Assembly: GCA_018645005.1 (NCBI GenBank)
Contig: JABGPJ010000058.1
Location: 30,965-94,964, forward strand
Origin: Deltaproteobacteria bacterium
GTDB taxonomy: Bacteria > SAR324 > XYD2-FULL-50-16
Direction: 5' to 3'
Length of the DNA stretch: 64,000 nucleotides
Shown here: positions 38,697 to 48,542 of the stretch, one piece after another
How the letters are laid out: each line of letters opens with the position of its first letter
Numbering within the stretch: the first letter of the stretch is position 1
Made by a program: the position numbers and the translations under genes
Notes under the pieces: generated by a model
Database searches by the model: none
What the model saw: only the letters and a program-made list of their open reading frames with translations
Told to the model about the DNA's origin: nothing

Positions 38697-39242
38697 TTAT
38701 TCCTGATGAAATTTGTGATAAGTCTGCGAACAATCCTGTTTAATTTTAACAGGATGAGTTAACAGCAGAGGAGGAATTTTCTCCAACTCGGTTAGTAAGA
38801 AATCACCTTTGCACGGATGAATCAGTGTGTTATCCAGTTCCAGCAACGGGATTAAAAAAAAGTCCCGGTTGCTCAAATCATAATGAGGAATGGTCAACCG
38901 CGGCTGTTCAATGACCTGTTTTCCCCACAACAGTATATCAATGTCGATGATACGTGATTCCCACTTTTTGCCACTCCGTTTTCGTCCAACGATTGTCTCA
39001 ATTTCGGAAATTGTATCTAACATTTCCAACGGATTCAGATCCGTCCAACATTGGACGGAACAATTGATATACGCTTGTTGATTCATACCCTGAAAAGGGT
39101 CAGTCACGTAAAAAGAGGAAACGCGAAATCGAGCGGGAAAGTACTCTTTCAGTAGATGCAGGCTTTTAGAGATATATTGCTGTCTCGGTGAGATGTTGCT
39201 TCCCAATGACAGAAAAATCAGGTTATTGTCAGCAGTTTTCAA
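38697..39242 (-). CDS. folK: 2-amino-4-hydroxy-6-hydroxymethyldihydropteridine diphosphokinase (HPPK)
   Basis: FLSLGSNI..., the W.SRIIDIDILLWG and IPHYDLSNRDFFLIPL blocks are typical of HPPK. Confidence 0.8.
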   Translation of the reverse strand: MKTADNNLIFLSLGSNISPRQQYISKSLHLLKEYFPARFRVSSFYVTDPFQGMNQQAYINCSVQCWTDLNPLEMLDTISEIETIVGRKRSGKKWESRIIDIDILLWGKQVIEQPRLTIPHYDLSNRDFFLIPLLELDNTLIHPCKGDFLLTELEKIPPLLLTHPVKIKQDCSQTYHKFHQE

Positions 39243-39273
39243 GAATTTAAAACCAGGCCCGACGGTCTTGCCT

Positions 39274-39762
39274 TTAAAATTTAAAATGGATATTTAGTAA
39301 ATTGACACTATCGTTGCCGTTGATTGCAGATGAAGTAGCAAAAAACCGTTGTCCATCTGGATTCTGGTCGTAGTTCGGATAAAAGGCTATGCGAGAACGA
39401 CCTTCATCAAATGTGATCCCTCGGATGGATAAGTAAACACCTGCACCCGCGCCTATAATACCTCCGTATGTGGCACCAACAAGAAATTGTTCCGAAAGAC
39501 GGCTGAATTTAAACCGTTGTTCTGAAGGGATCGAATCATCCAGCGTCGACCAGCCCAACATCAGCATCCCGCCACTGAGAGATCCCCAGAGGACATTGAG
39601 GAATACATTTTTCATTGGAGGCTGTGCTTTTACAATCAAAGCCTCCTGGGGGATCTGCGCTGCCGCCTGCCCAAATATCGGGTTCACCTCTCCGAGAATT
39701 AGTACAGTCAGCAACAAACAGATTATAAATTTCTTTATGGTTAATGCCATATACCGGGCCAT
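39274..39762 (-). CDS. Hypothetical secreted/outer-membrane-associated protein
   Basis: Signal peptide, a Gly-rich hydrophobic core, and a C-terminal ...LLNIHFKF (terminal Phe). No family recognised. Confidence 0.4.
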   Translation of the reverse strand: MARYMALTIKKFIICLLLTVLILGEVNPIFGQAAAQIPQEALIVKAQPPMKNVFLNVLWGSLSGGMLMLGWSTLDDSIPSEQRFKFSRLSEQFLVGATYGGIIGAGAGVYLSIRGITFDEGRSRIAFYPNYDQNPDGQRFFATSSAINGNDSVNLLNIHFKF

Positions 39763-39835
39763 TTTACAATTTACTCAACCTAAAACGCTTTACATCCTCG
39801 TTTTACCAAAATCGTAGGTAACCGGAATGTAAAGA

Positions 39836-40126
39836 TCAATCTGAGGTCGGATTGAGCTCTTTTCGAAATACTTTTGAAGGGTAAAAAGTTACGACCACCC
39901 GTTCTGAGATTTCATAAGCTACTTTGGTCTTCGGATTTCTTCCAATTCGGGCTCGCTTGTGACGTACCTTGAAATACCCAAAACCAGAAATCATGACCTC
40001 TTCACCTGCCGCCAGCGATTCCTTAACGATTCTCAGGATCGCCTCGACCAGATTTTTAGCGTATTTTCGGTCCAGAGTAATTTTTGTCATTACATCACGA
40101 ATAATATCTTCTTTAATTCTTGTCAT
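39836..40126 (-). CDS. HU/IHF-family DNA-bending protein (IHF alpha-like)
   Basis: 96 aa. GFGYFKVRHKRARIGRNPKTKVAYEISERVVVTFYPSKVF is the beta-arm of the HU/IHF fold. Confidence 0.85.
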   Translation of the reverse strand: MTRIKEDIIRDVMTKITLDRKYAKNLVEAILRIVKESLAAGEEVMISGFGYFKVRHKRARIGRNPKTKVAYEISERVVVTFYPSKVFRKELNPTSD

Positions 40127-40672
40127 TTTTACTCTCCAACTATCAAAACAAATTCCTTACTCCAATAAAAAGCAATATCTGTTCCTGAAGAAACAAAAAT
40201 TACTGGAGTACCCATTAAAAAATGAAAGCCGCTAATTCAATCAGCCAATTGCCATTGAAACAAAAAACAATTTCTAATCACAGTCATAAGGATATAATTT
40301 TAATGAGCTGAAATCAATGTTTAAATTTCAGTTCTTCCCATATCAACCCTTTTTATAATCTTTTAAAATAGATGTGTAGGCCAAATAGAAGCACTTCACA
40401 GTTGTCGAACAGCATCAATAATTTCATCTTTCTGAATTTTATTGCCAAATGTGTGTTTTTTGCCAGATTCCTTAAAAATCGGAATGACAGTCCGTCCAAT
40501 GGAGATGCGGCTTGGCTTCAATCTAGAAGTATGATATTCTTATCACTTGATATTTTACTCGATTAAAAGCTGACGACTGCATTGAAACCCGGATTGATAT
40601 TTCACCAATGTCGATTTGTTTCAGGTTTGGTTTAATTGATAATCAACACTTTTCAATAATTATCGAATTCGA

Positions 40673-41233
40673 ATGCTTCGATTTAAAAACGGCCAAAAGC
40701 TCCTTTTTTTCGCCGGGGTACTCATCTTAAGCCTGTTGTCACTATGCAATTTTGATGAAGCTCAGGCGCAGAAGATAGATTTAGATACACTTGAAATTGA
40801 TCAGGGGATCAAACAGGCCAATCGTAACGTCTCCATTATCGCCAGAATCAGCCCAACGACCGTCTTCCGAGGCGATCAACTAACACTTAGGATTATCGGC
40901 CGGATTGACCCAGGTCATCACCTTTATTCCATTAGACAACAAGGGGGATTTGCCCCCGATCCAACAAAAATAGTGATCACGGACCCTTTTCTGAATGCGG
41001 TTTCAGAGATGGATGAATCAGCAACTTTACTAATACATGATGACGCTTTTGGTACGCCACTACAGGTGCATCAAGACGATTTCTGGATCAGCCTGCGCTA
41101 TCATGTGAGCGGAAAGGCAAATCCGGGTGTATATCAATTGAGGGGTTACCTGATTTATCAAATATGCAACAACCGAATCTGTTCTTTACCGTTAAAAAAC
41201 CATTTTCATGAAAAGATAACAATCAGTAACTAG
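40673..41233 (+). CDS. Secreted DsbD-alpha/DsbC-N-like domain protein
   Basis: Signal peptide, an immunoglobulin-like beta pattern, and a C-terminal YQICNNRICSLP motif resembling the cysteine-containing cap of DsbD N-terminal domains. Confidence 0.45.
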   Translation: MLRFKNGQKLLFFAGVLILSLLSLCNFDEAQAQKIDLDTLEIDQGIKQANRNVSIIARISPTTVFRGDQLTLRIIGRIDPGHHLYSIRQQGGFAPDPTKIVITDPFLNAVSEMDESATLLIHDDAFGTPLQVHQDDFWISLRYHVSGKANPGVYQLRGYLIYQICNNRICSLPLKNHFHEKITISN

Positions 41234-41279
41234 CAACAAATGACAGTTTATACACTACCGGTTCAAAATATTACGTCTT

Positions 41280-42095
41280 ATGCCTGAATTACCAGAAGTT
41301 CAGACCATCGTAAATGAACTCCAAACGAATCTTCCCGGCAGAAAAATATCATCTTGTCGCATAATCAGGGAGTCGATCGTTCATGGCGATCATAACCGAT
41401 TCCAGAAAATTGTTGAAAAAAAAACAATCATTAAGATCGATCGTCTCGGGAAGTATATTGTCATTCACCTCTCAACCGATGTTTGGATTATTGTCCATTT
41501 GCGGATGACAGGTAAATTTGTTCTTCAACCCGACTCCCGAAGCACCCACAAACATGATCGGGCTGTTTTCCAGCTGGATAATCGGCTGAAGCTGATATTT
41601 TCAGATGTTCGCTGCTTCGGCACACTCGAAGTGTGTGACGACCTCGGTAAACACAAAGGATTAAGACAGCTTGGCCTCGATCCCTGGAGTAAAAAGCTCA
41701 CGGCCGGGATCTTAAAGCTTAAATTTGACGCTCGCAAAATCCCAATCAAAACAGCCTTGCTGGATCAGAAAATCATTGCCGGCCTAGGTAATATTTATGC
41801 ATCGGAAATATTGTTCGATGCTGGAATTAATCCCATGATACCTGCAAACAAACTGTCAAAGGGGAAACTATCGGCCATCATACAATCCATGAGAAAAATT
41901 CTCAGCCTGGCATTAAAATATAATGGGACTTCAATCTCGGATTATCGACGTGTTGATGAAAAACAAGGGATGTTTCAGAATTTTTTAAAAGTGTATGGCA
42001 AAGCAGATCAAAAATGTTTAAACTGCAGTTCCAAAATAGAAAAAATTGTTCAAAATCAAAGAAGTACTTTTTTATGTCCGCTATGTCAAAAATAG
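41280..42095 (+). CDS. mutM: Formamidopyrimidine-DNA glycosylase
   Basis: MPELPEVQT N-terminus (catalytic Pro2/Glu3), the H2TH region, and a C-terminal zinc finger CLNCSSKIEKIVQNQRSTFLCPLCQ. Confidence 0.92.
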   Translation: MPELPEVQTIVNELQTNLPGRKISSCRIIRESIVHGDHNRFQKIVEKKTIIKIDRLGKYIVIHLSTDVWIIVHLRMTGKFVLQPDSRSTHKHDRAVFQLDNRLKLIFSDVRCFGTLEVCDDLGKHKGLRQLGLDPWSKKLTAGILKLKFDARKIPIKTALLDQKIIAGLGNIYASEILFDAGINPMIPANKLSKGKLSAIIQSMRKILSLALKYNGTSISDYRRVDEKQGMFQNFLKVYGKADQKCLNCSSKIEKIVQNQRSTFLCPLCQK

Positions 42096-43213
42096 TTTCA
42101 AAACTCAACATTTCATATCTCACTTTTTTTCTAATTTTTCTCGCAATGGGGGCACCTCTGTGCGCAATAGGAAAAAGTATGATGCAGATTGAAACAGGGG
42201 ATCATCAAAGTGCTTCCTGGCAGTTTACCATTGAACTGTCTGATCTTTGGCAGAAGAACTTTCCCGATTTGGATATAAGCTTTTCACCTTCTTACACATC
42301 CGAAATTGCGGAAAGATTTGAGAACCTGCTATCAAAAAACGCCCGCCTTGTGATCGCTCCGCTTAGCATGTCTGCAAATCAGACCATGCTCAGTTTTCCT
42401 ATTAGGTTAGTGACGGTGTTGTGGGAGGTATATGTGGTCCCGATCGACATTGGCAACAAAAATGAACCTATCAGTCTGAACAACTATCGCAATTGGTATA
42501 TTTCTGAAAAATCCGTTGTTATCCCTGAGTTGATGCGTGCCTTGAATAAGTCTTTTTTCGCTGAAACCATCAGGGCTGAATATGAGTACAAAATGTCGGT
42601 TATCAAGACCCCTGAAACACGAACCGGGACAGACATTACTGATAAAAGGCAATTCAATGATGATTCAATAGATACAGAATTAAATATTGAACCGACACAA
42701 CCAATATTAAAGCCCTTCGAAAATGATCAGGCGGATAACAGTCAGATATTCCAAAAATTGGCTCAAATTGCCGGACTGAAAGATTTCGATACTGAAGTTC
42801 TTCGGATTGACAATGATATGATTCAGGAAGTCGTTTCTGAATATCGGGACGGCATTCTTTTTTATGAAATGATGGGGTCCATTCTGAGCCTGAAGGAGGC
42901 ACTTGAAAGCAAATTGACAACGACATCTTTTAAGCGGAATGTCCAGGACTTTCTGGTCAGTGTCCACCCCTGGATTCAACCAATGTATAAGCGTCGAGCT
43001 AGATTGAAAACGCTGGGATTTAATATGGCTCTGTTTGTTCACGCTGATGAAGATCCAGAGTTTGTGAAAAATATCATCAAAGTGTTAGCGAAGCGACCGA
43101 AATCCTATTTTCCCACCTCCTTTATTCTCAGGAATCTATCCATTCAAAAAACAAAAGAGATTCTCCCTATCTACTTGCATGCTGGCAGCTTAAAATATTT
43201 CGGCCTGGATTGA
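42074..43213 (+). CDS. TAXI-family (TRAP-type) solute-binding-like periplasmic protein
   Basis: Signal peptide from the internal ATG at 42074 (the ORF track starts at 42014, inside mutM). The C-terminal IYLHAGSLKYFG resembles the conserved TAXI lHpGAxkYY tail. Confidence 0.45.
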   Translation: MSAMSKIVSKLNISYLTFFLIFLAMGAPLCAIGKSMMQIETGDHQSASWQFTIELSDLWQKNFPDLDISFSPSYTSEIAERFENLLSKNARLVIAPLSMSANQTMLSFPIRLVTVLWEVYVVPIDIGNKNEPISLNNYRNWYISEKSVVIPELMRALNKSFFAETIRAEYEYKMSVIKTPETRTGTDITDKRQFNDDSIDTELNIEPTQPILKPFENDQADNSQIFQKLAQIAGLKDFDTEVLRIDNDMIQEVVSEYRDGILFYEMMGSILSLKEALESKLTTTSFKRNVQDFLVSVHPWIQPMYKRRARLKTLGFNMALFVHADEDPEFVKNIIKVLAKRPKSYFPTSFILRNLSIQKTKEILPIYLHAGSLKYFGLD

Positions 43214-43555
43214 ACCCAGTCACTTTTTCCAGGGTAAATCGAGTAGACCAGCTTCTTTTTGTGATAAAAAGCTTGTCATTGTCTCATAAAAAACAGTAGC
43301 ATACCAAAAAGTGGACCTAATAGCTCTGAATCAGGCAAAGTTATTGAATTACTTAACAAAATTATTGTTAATGACTTTGAGTCAGATGGTCAGAAAATCC
43401 GGTTTATGTGAAGAAATTAAAAACTACAATTAGACGGCACTTGAGAAGCGATGATTTACCAAAATAAAACTGAAAGGATTGTCCGACAATTGAATTCAAA
43501 AGTTTCCCGGTTCCTTGGGCTAATAAGGTCCCTGAACACTGTTTTACAGCTGAAT

Positions 43556-45571
43556 ATGAAAAAATTCTTTCAGTTTCTGCACATCATAGTTTTTATCGTT
43601 TGCTTAAGCCCAGCAACGGTATCCGCAGCTAAAAAGAACCGGATTAAGATGAACTTCAATGATGTTGAAGTCATAAGTTTCATAAAAATTATCGGCAAAC
43701 AAACCGGTAGAACCTTTGTATTTAATAGTAAAGTTCTGAAAGGCAAAAGAATCACACTGATATCGAATCAGACATTTTCCTCTAGTGAGGCCTTTAAAAT
43801 TTTCGAATCAGTTCTGAATATCAACAAATTATCAACTATTGAAGAGGGCAAGGTTACACGCATAATCATTTCAAAAGAGGCAAAAAGTACCACCACACCC
43901 ATTTTCAAAAAAAACCTCCGCCTTCATGCAGGCGCATTTGTTACCCGGATAATTCCCGTCAAACACCTGGATGTAAGGACAGTTCGCTCCAATCTTGCTC
44001 CTTTAATTTCTAAAAATTCACTCCTTGTGGCAAACGAGAACGCCAATGTTCTGATTTTAAGAGATACAAAAGAGAATACGGATCGCTTTGCAGATATTGT
44101 CAATTCCATTGATAAAATCGACCATGTGCTCTCGTCCGTTAACCTGGACCTGGTCGCACTCTCACATGCTAACGCCGTAGAAACAGCTGCATTGTTAAGC
44201 AAGGTCTTTGTGCCAAAAGCCAAAAAAGGAGCCGCTAAAAGTGCAATACTGAAGGTTCTGGCGGACAAACGGACAAATAATCTCATCCTCATCGGACATC
44301 CGGCCACCTTGAAAAAAATCAAAAAACTGGTTTTTCAGCTGGATAACAAAATAGAAACAGATGAAGGCAATATCCGTGTTTATACGTTAAAAAATGCAAA
44401 TGCCAAGATAATAGCGGGTGTTCTTCAAAAAATCGTCACTACCCTGAAGAGTGCCAAAAAAAAACAACCTTCTTCCACTCCGTCGACGATCATTCCGGAT
44501 ATCCCATCCAATTCACTGGTAATCTATGCCGATCAGGCCGAGTTTCCAACCTTGGAAAGTGTGATCCGCAAACTGGATATTGAAAGAGCTCAGGTTTTCA
44601 TCCAAGCCCTGATTATGGAGGTCCGTCTGGATAAAAGTCTTGAACTAGGGGTCGAATGGCAAGCAGGTGACCAGATATCATCTGGAGATACAGACGCTTT
44701 TGTTACTGCAGGTGGTGTGGGTGCAACAGGAGCGCCTAAAACATTTGACCAAGTGAAAGGTGCCGGAGCAGCCGGAGCCGTAGTCGGAGTCATTGGTGGT
44801 CCCATAACATTCGGTGGAACAGAATTCAGCACCTTCAATGCGTTCATAAAAGCCATGGAACGGGATACCGAGATCGATATTTTGTCCAATCCGCAAATAC
44901 TGACACTGAACAACGAAGAGGCCGAAATCAAGGTCGGCGAGATCATTCCAACCGTCGGCAGTACCTCGACGGATGCAAACGGAAAAGAAACAATTAGCAT
45001 CCAGTATAAAGAAGTCGGCATTTCCCTTAAAATCACACCACAAATTAATGCCAACGACGCTATTGAACTGAAAATAGATGAAAACTCCAGCAATGTGATT
45101 GAGGGCAAAATTGGAGCATTTGATCAAGGTGCCATCACCACCTTAAACCGTTCTTTAAAAACTAAAGTCGTTGTTAATAACGGTCAGACAATTGTGCTTG
45201 GCGGGTTAATCAGCGATGAAATAACTGAGGTAGAGACCAAAACACCTTGCCTGGGTGATATTCCCATTTTAGGCTGGCTGTTTAAAACACGGAGTACGGG
45301 CACTAAAAAAACAAATCTTCTGATATTCCTGACGCCACACGTCGTACGCGATCAGGATGAACTTGAAAAGGTCAGCGAAAAAGCCAAATCCAAAGTCAAC
45401 AATGCCCGTCAGGGTCGTTTCCGCATCGACGTTTCAAATGAGTTTGGTATCCCTCAGAAGCAGGAGGGAAAAGAAGAAAGTGATAATGAAAGTGAAGAGG
45501 AAGAAAGTGAAAGTGAAGAGGAAGGAACACCCATTGAGAACCCGGAAGCTGAAAATAAAACAGCTGAATAA
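43556..45571 (+). CDS. gspD: GspD-type secretin (type II secretion outer-membrane channel)
   Basis: Signal peptide from the ATG at 43556 (MKKFFQFLHIIVFIVCLSPATVSA). N0 domain NFNDVEVISFIKIIGKQTGRTFVF. Secretin core VVVNNGQTIVLGGLI...TPCLGDIPILGWLFK. Acidic tail EESDNESEEEESESEEEG. Confidence 0.88.
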   Translation: MKKFFQFLHIIVFIVCLSPATVSAAKKNRIKMNFNDVEVISFIKIIGKQTGRTFVFNSKVLKGKRITLISNQTFSSSEAFKIFESVLNINKLSTIEEGKVTRIIISKEAKSTTTPIFKKNLRLHAGAFVTRIIPVKHLDVRTVRSNLAPLISKNSLLVANENANVLILRDTKENTDRFADIVNSIDKIDHVLSSVNLDLVALSHANAVETAALLSKVFVPKAKKGAAKSAILKVLADKRTNNLILIGHPATLKKIKKLVFQLDNKIETDEGNIRVYTLKNANAKIIAGVLQKIVTTLKSAKKKQPSSTPSTIIPDIPSNSLVIYADQAEFPTLESVIRKLDIERAQVFIQALIMEVRLDKSLELGVEWQAGDQISSGDTDAFVTAGGVGATGAPKTFDQVKGAGAAGAVVGVIGGPITFGGTEFSTFNAFIKAMERDTEIDILSNPQILTLNNEEAEIKVGEIIPTVGSTSTDANGKETISIQYKEVGISLKITPQINANDAIELKIDENSSNVIEGKIGAFDQGAITTLNRSLKTKVVVNNGQTIVLGGLISDEITEVETKTPCLGDIPILGWLFKTRSTGTKKTNLLIFLTPHVVRDQDELEKVSEKAKSKVNNARQGRFRIDVSNEFGIPQKQEGKEESDNESEEEESESEEEGTPIENPEAENKTAE

Positions 45572-45615
45572 AGTAATCTCACCCAGCAAAACGATCCTGT
45601 AATCGCAACAAGTTC

Positions 45616-46326
45616 ATGAAAGCCATGATTTTTGCTGCCGGGTTCGGCAAACGTCTCCAACCCTTGACATTTAAAACCCCCAAGGCTTTGGTGAAAGTAA
45701 AAAACCGGCCCATGCTGGATTGGGTGGTTGACAACCTGATTCATCATGGCATTAGCGAAATCATCATCAACACCCATTACCTGCACTCAAAAGTTCACTC
45801 CTATCTCAAGTCCAACCGTTTCTCAGTGCCGATTACAGTTTCTCATGAAGAGATCATACTGGGTACGGGATGTGGATTATACCAAACCCGTCAGTTCTGG
45901 AATGAATCCGATTTTTTCGTCTGCAATGTTGATGTTTTATGTAACGTTGATTTGAAGAAATTTTTCGAATTCCATCGAAACCACGAGGCGACAGTTTCAT
46001 TGGGAGTCAACAACCATCTGTCCAGTTCAATGCTACTCGTGGATGAGGCCGGTTTTCTGGTCGGTAGAAGTGTTGAAGGACAGCAGCAGCTACTCAGAGC
46101 ACCACAGGGAAAGACCTTTGAAGCTGGATTTTGTGGTCTTCATGCCATTTCTCCTGCTTTTTTCTCCGAAGTAACGCCACCCATGTCCTTTTCAATCATC
46201 GATGACTACATGAATCTGCTGAAAACAGGTGGTTCCATAATGACTTGGTCTATTGGAGATGCCTACTGGGAGGATATCGGAACAAAAGAGGCACTGAAAA
46301 AAGCGAATCGTGAATTTCCTGGCTAA
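45616..46326 (+). CDS. Sugar-phosphate nucleotidyltransferase (MurU / mannose-1-P guanylyltransferase-like)
   Basis: N-terminal AAGFGKRLQPLT (GxGxRL) nucleotide-binding loop. 236 aa GT-A-like NTP-transferase fold pattern. Confidence 0.75.
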   Translation: MKAMIFAAGFGKRLQPLTFKTPKALVKVKNRPMLDWVVDNLIHHGISEIIINTHYLHSKVHSYLKSNRFSVPITVSHEEIILGTGCGLYQTRQFWNESDFFVCNVDVLCNVDLKKFFEFHRNHEATVSLGVNNHLSSSMLLVDEAGFLVGRSVEGQQQLLRAPQGKTFEAGFCGLHAISPAFFSEVTPPMSFSIIDDYMNLLKTGGSIMTWSIGDAYWEDIGTKEALKKANREFPG

Positions 46327-46445
46327 AGTATATTACATCGTCAGTGGAGCGAATCTAAACCATAGCCTTATTCAAACAAATCTGTTGCTTTTTTCGAGAA
46401 TCCCGGAATTAATCAGTTTATCTTTAATCAAAGACAATGGTTTTT

Positions 46446-46847
46446 TTACACCTCTTTATCCTTTTTTTCGTTTGTCCCCAGAGGCGTCTCGGAACTTTTG
46501 GTCTCAGAATCTGCATTGGGATCTTGAGAATCCACCTCAGCTTTTTTCGGTGAATCTTTATAGCCCTCTTCTAACGCGTCAGCTGCTGTTTCAAGATAGT
46601 TTTCAAGACTTGAAGACATATTTTTTCTTTTTAAATCTTGCGCCATTTCGGCAAGATCCTTGACTTCTGAACCGGCTACATTTTCAAATTCACTCGTGAC
46701 CGTCGATTTGAATTCATTGGTTGCCTTACGGAATTCGGCCAAACCGCGTCCGATAGCTCTGACGACACCAGGAAGTCTCGACGGACCCAAAACGATCAGG
46801 GCGATCGCGCCAATGATCAGCATTTCCGTCATACCCATATTGAACAT
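46446..46847 (-). CDS. Twin-arginine translocase TatA/TatB-family subunit with long acidic tail
   Basis: [39 protein letters not shown] is the TatA/B TM helix plus amphipathic helix signature. The 133-aa length is between typical TatA and TatB. Confidence 0.85.
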   Translation of the reverse strand: MFNMGMTEMLIIGAIALIVLGPSRLPGVVRAIGRGLAEFRKATNEFKSTVTSEFENVAGSEVKDLAEMAQDLKRKNMSSSLENYLETAADALEEGYKDSPKKAEVDSQDPNADSETKSSETPLGTNEKKDKEV

Positions 46848-46858
46848 TTTCCCTCTCT

Positions 46859-47443
46859 CTATGGTTGTTTGCGACTAAGCGTTTTGAAAAACTTAAGAAA
46901 CGCTTTTTTGCTCCAATTTGTAGGCCCAACCAGCTTGCCCAGAATCCGACCTTTTTTGTCAATTACCACCGTCGTCGGAAGTCCCTTGATGTTTAGCTTC
47001 CCACTAATTTTCTTATCTGTATCCGTCACCACGTCAAAAGTATAGTGTAACTTTTGAATGAAACGATTCACCTTATCTGAATTTTCACCATAATTAACCG
47101 CCAGAATCCGGAAATGTTCCCCTTTCATTTCATGCATCAGTTTTTGCATGTCGGGCATCTCCTTCTGACAGGGATAACACCAAGTAGCCCAGAAGTTTAA
47201 TAAAATGACGTTCTCTCGATTCGAAGAAAACTGCTCTTTTCCCCCGTTCAACAAAGTGTATTCGAAATCTGCTATTGATGCTGGCAAATCCGAAACCTCA
47301 AAATAGTGCTCTTTCAGAAACCTGGAGACATCCTCTGCTGACCGATATTTTTCTGGTTCTGTATCTGGGTCCTTGTTACAACCGGAAATATTTACGGCTA
47401 ATAATATTAGTAAAATAATGTAAGTAACCGAAAAACGGCTCAT
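46859..47443 (-). CDS. TlpA/ResA-like thiol:disulfide oxidoreductase lipoprotein
   Basis: Lipobox from the internal ATG ([22 protein letters not shown]) and thioredoxin motif [13 protein letters not shown]. The ORF track start at 47533 is probably too far upstream. Confidence 0.8.
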   Translation of the reverse strand: MSRFSVTYIILLILLAVNISGCNKDPDTEPEKYRSAEDVSRFLKEHYFEVSDLPASIADFEYTLLNGGKEQFSSNRENVILLNFWATWCYPCQKEMPDMQKLMHEMKGEHFRILAVNYGENSDKVNRFIQKLHYTFDVVTDTDKKISGKLNIKGLPTTVVIDKKGRILGKLVGPTNWSKKAFLKFFKTLSRKQP

Positions 47444-47554
47444 GAGGTGTTCCTTTATATTATGGCCTATTTTATGGAAGGTCAATTTGTATAAAATTGC
47501 TCTGAGAAATGATTTGAGCCTGAACATTATCAACAGTAATCTGAAGTGATAGGT

Positions 47555-48466
47555 TTATTTCAGTCCAGCCGCATAAAATGTTTCAATTCGAACAGAAATT
47601 TGTTGGCCAAGAAATCGAACCAGCTGGTTCATCTCTGTATCAGACCATGCAACAGCTCTGGTATCGGAAGGTCGACGAGCCAGAGTGTACGCTTGGATCA
47701 GTTTAATTTTCACACCATCGTCTATCAAGCGGGTTACCTGTTCAACATACTTCTGATATTTTTGACTACTATAGATCTCTTCTTGCCACGAAAAAAAGCA
47801 GCTCTGGAGAGTGAGCGGATACTTCCGTCCCACAGCTTTAATATTCTCTATCAGCTTTTTTGCAGAGATTTTGCTCCGGTTTATGGCTCTAAAACTTTGT
47901 TCGTCCCAGAAATCGAATTTGCACCAGATTTCCCCCCTGTTTGCCATCAGATCATCAAGTACCGGTAAGAGGTCAGGACGATTGAGCCTGGATGCATTGG
48001 TAAAGAGAATGATCTTGCATTTATCCAACCTGAATTCTTTCTGTAATTCAATGAGTTTTAATAACAATTGAGGGAGCACCTTGACTGTTGTCGGTTCTCC
48101 ATCTCCAGCGATGGATATGTCTTTTAGTGAAAATCCTTTGTACTTTCCTTCGTTTTTAGCAAAAATCCCCAGCCAGTGGTTCAGTTCTGTCACGATCTGT
48201 CCAACCTCCACTTTCAGGTTGGTTATCTTTTTTTCCCGATCGACCTGACAATATACACATCTGAAACTGCATTTCTTATCCGGATTGAGGTTAATCCCCA
48301 GGGATAATCCACCGGACCTTCTAGAGATCACAGGATAAACAAGTTTCTGATACTCACTCAAACGAGGGTGTTCAGAATATCCAAGGGATATGATGTCATG
48401 CAGCTGTTCAAAATCCTTTTTTGTCATGGATGTGCTTCCAATTATCAAGTACAACAGTTCCAACAA
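47555..48466 (-). CDS. Radical SAM protein (COG0731-like small family)
   Basis: CSFRCVYCQ (CxxxCxxC) cluster motif preceded by SGGLSLGINLNP, and a GDGEPT SAM-binding motif. Alternative start at 48427 (MTKKDF). Confidence 0.75.
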   Translation of the reverse strand: MLELLYLIIGSTSMTKKDFEQLHDIISLGYSEHPRLSEYQKLVYPVISRRSGGLSLGINLNPDKKCSFRCVYCQVDREKKITNLKVEVGQIVTELNHWLGIFAKNEGKYKGFSLKDISIAGDGEPTTVKVLPQLLLKLIELQKEFRLDKCKIILFTNASRLNRPDLLPVLDDLMANRGEIWCKFDFWDEQSFRAINRSKISAKKLIENIKAVGRKYPLTLQSCFFSWQEEIYSSQKYQKYVEQVTRLIDDGVKIKLIQAYTLARRPSDTRAVAWSDTEMNQLVRFLGQQISVRIETFYAAGLK

Positions 48467-48542
48467 TCAGTTGGTTGGCGGGGGATCCCAGTTTAGAAAA
48501 GACATTCTGGTAAACAATGGCAGAGTGAAGATCACAAGTAAT

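Noticed and set aside
43435-43450. CGGCACTTGAGAAGCG upstream of gspD as a sigma-54 promoter
   Set aside because: The -24 GGCAC element is perfect and the spacing is right. However, the -12 element is AAGCG rather than TTGCW, and it abuts an in-frame ATG of the long ORF version. This is too weak to list as a feature.
44590-45127. Two overlapping minus-strand ORFs of 172 and 149 aa
   Set aside because: Both lie inside the secretin core of gspD, which has unmistakable family motifs. They are antisense shadows.
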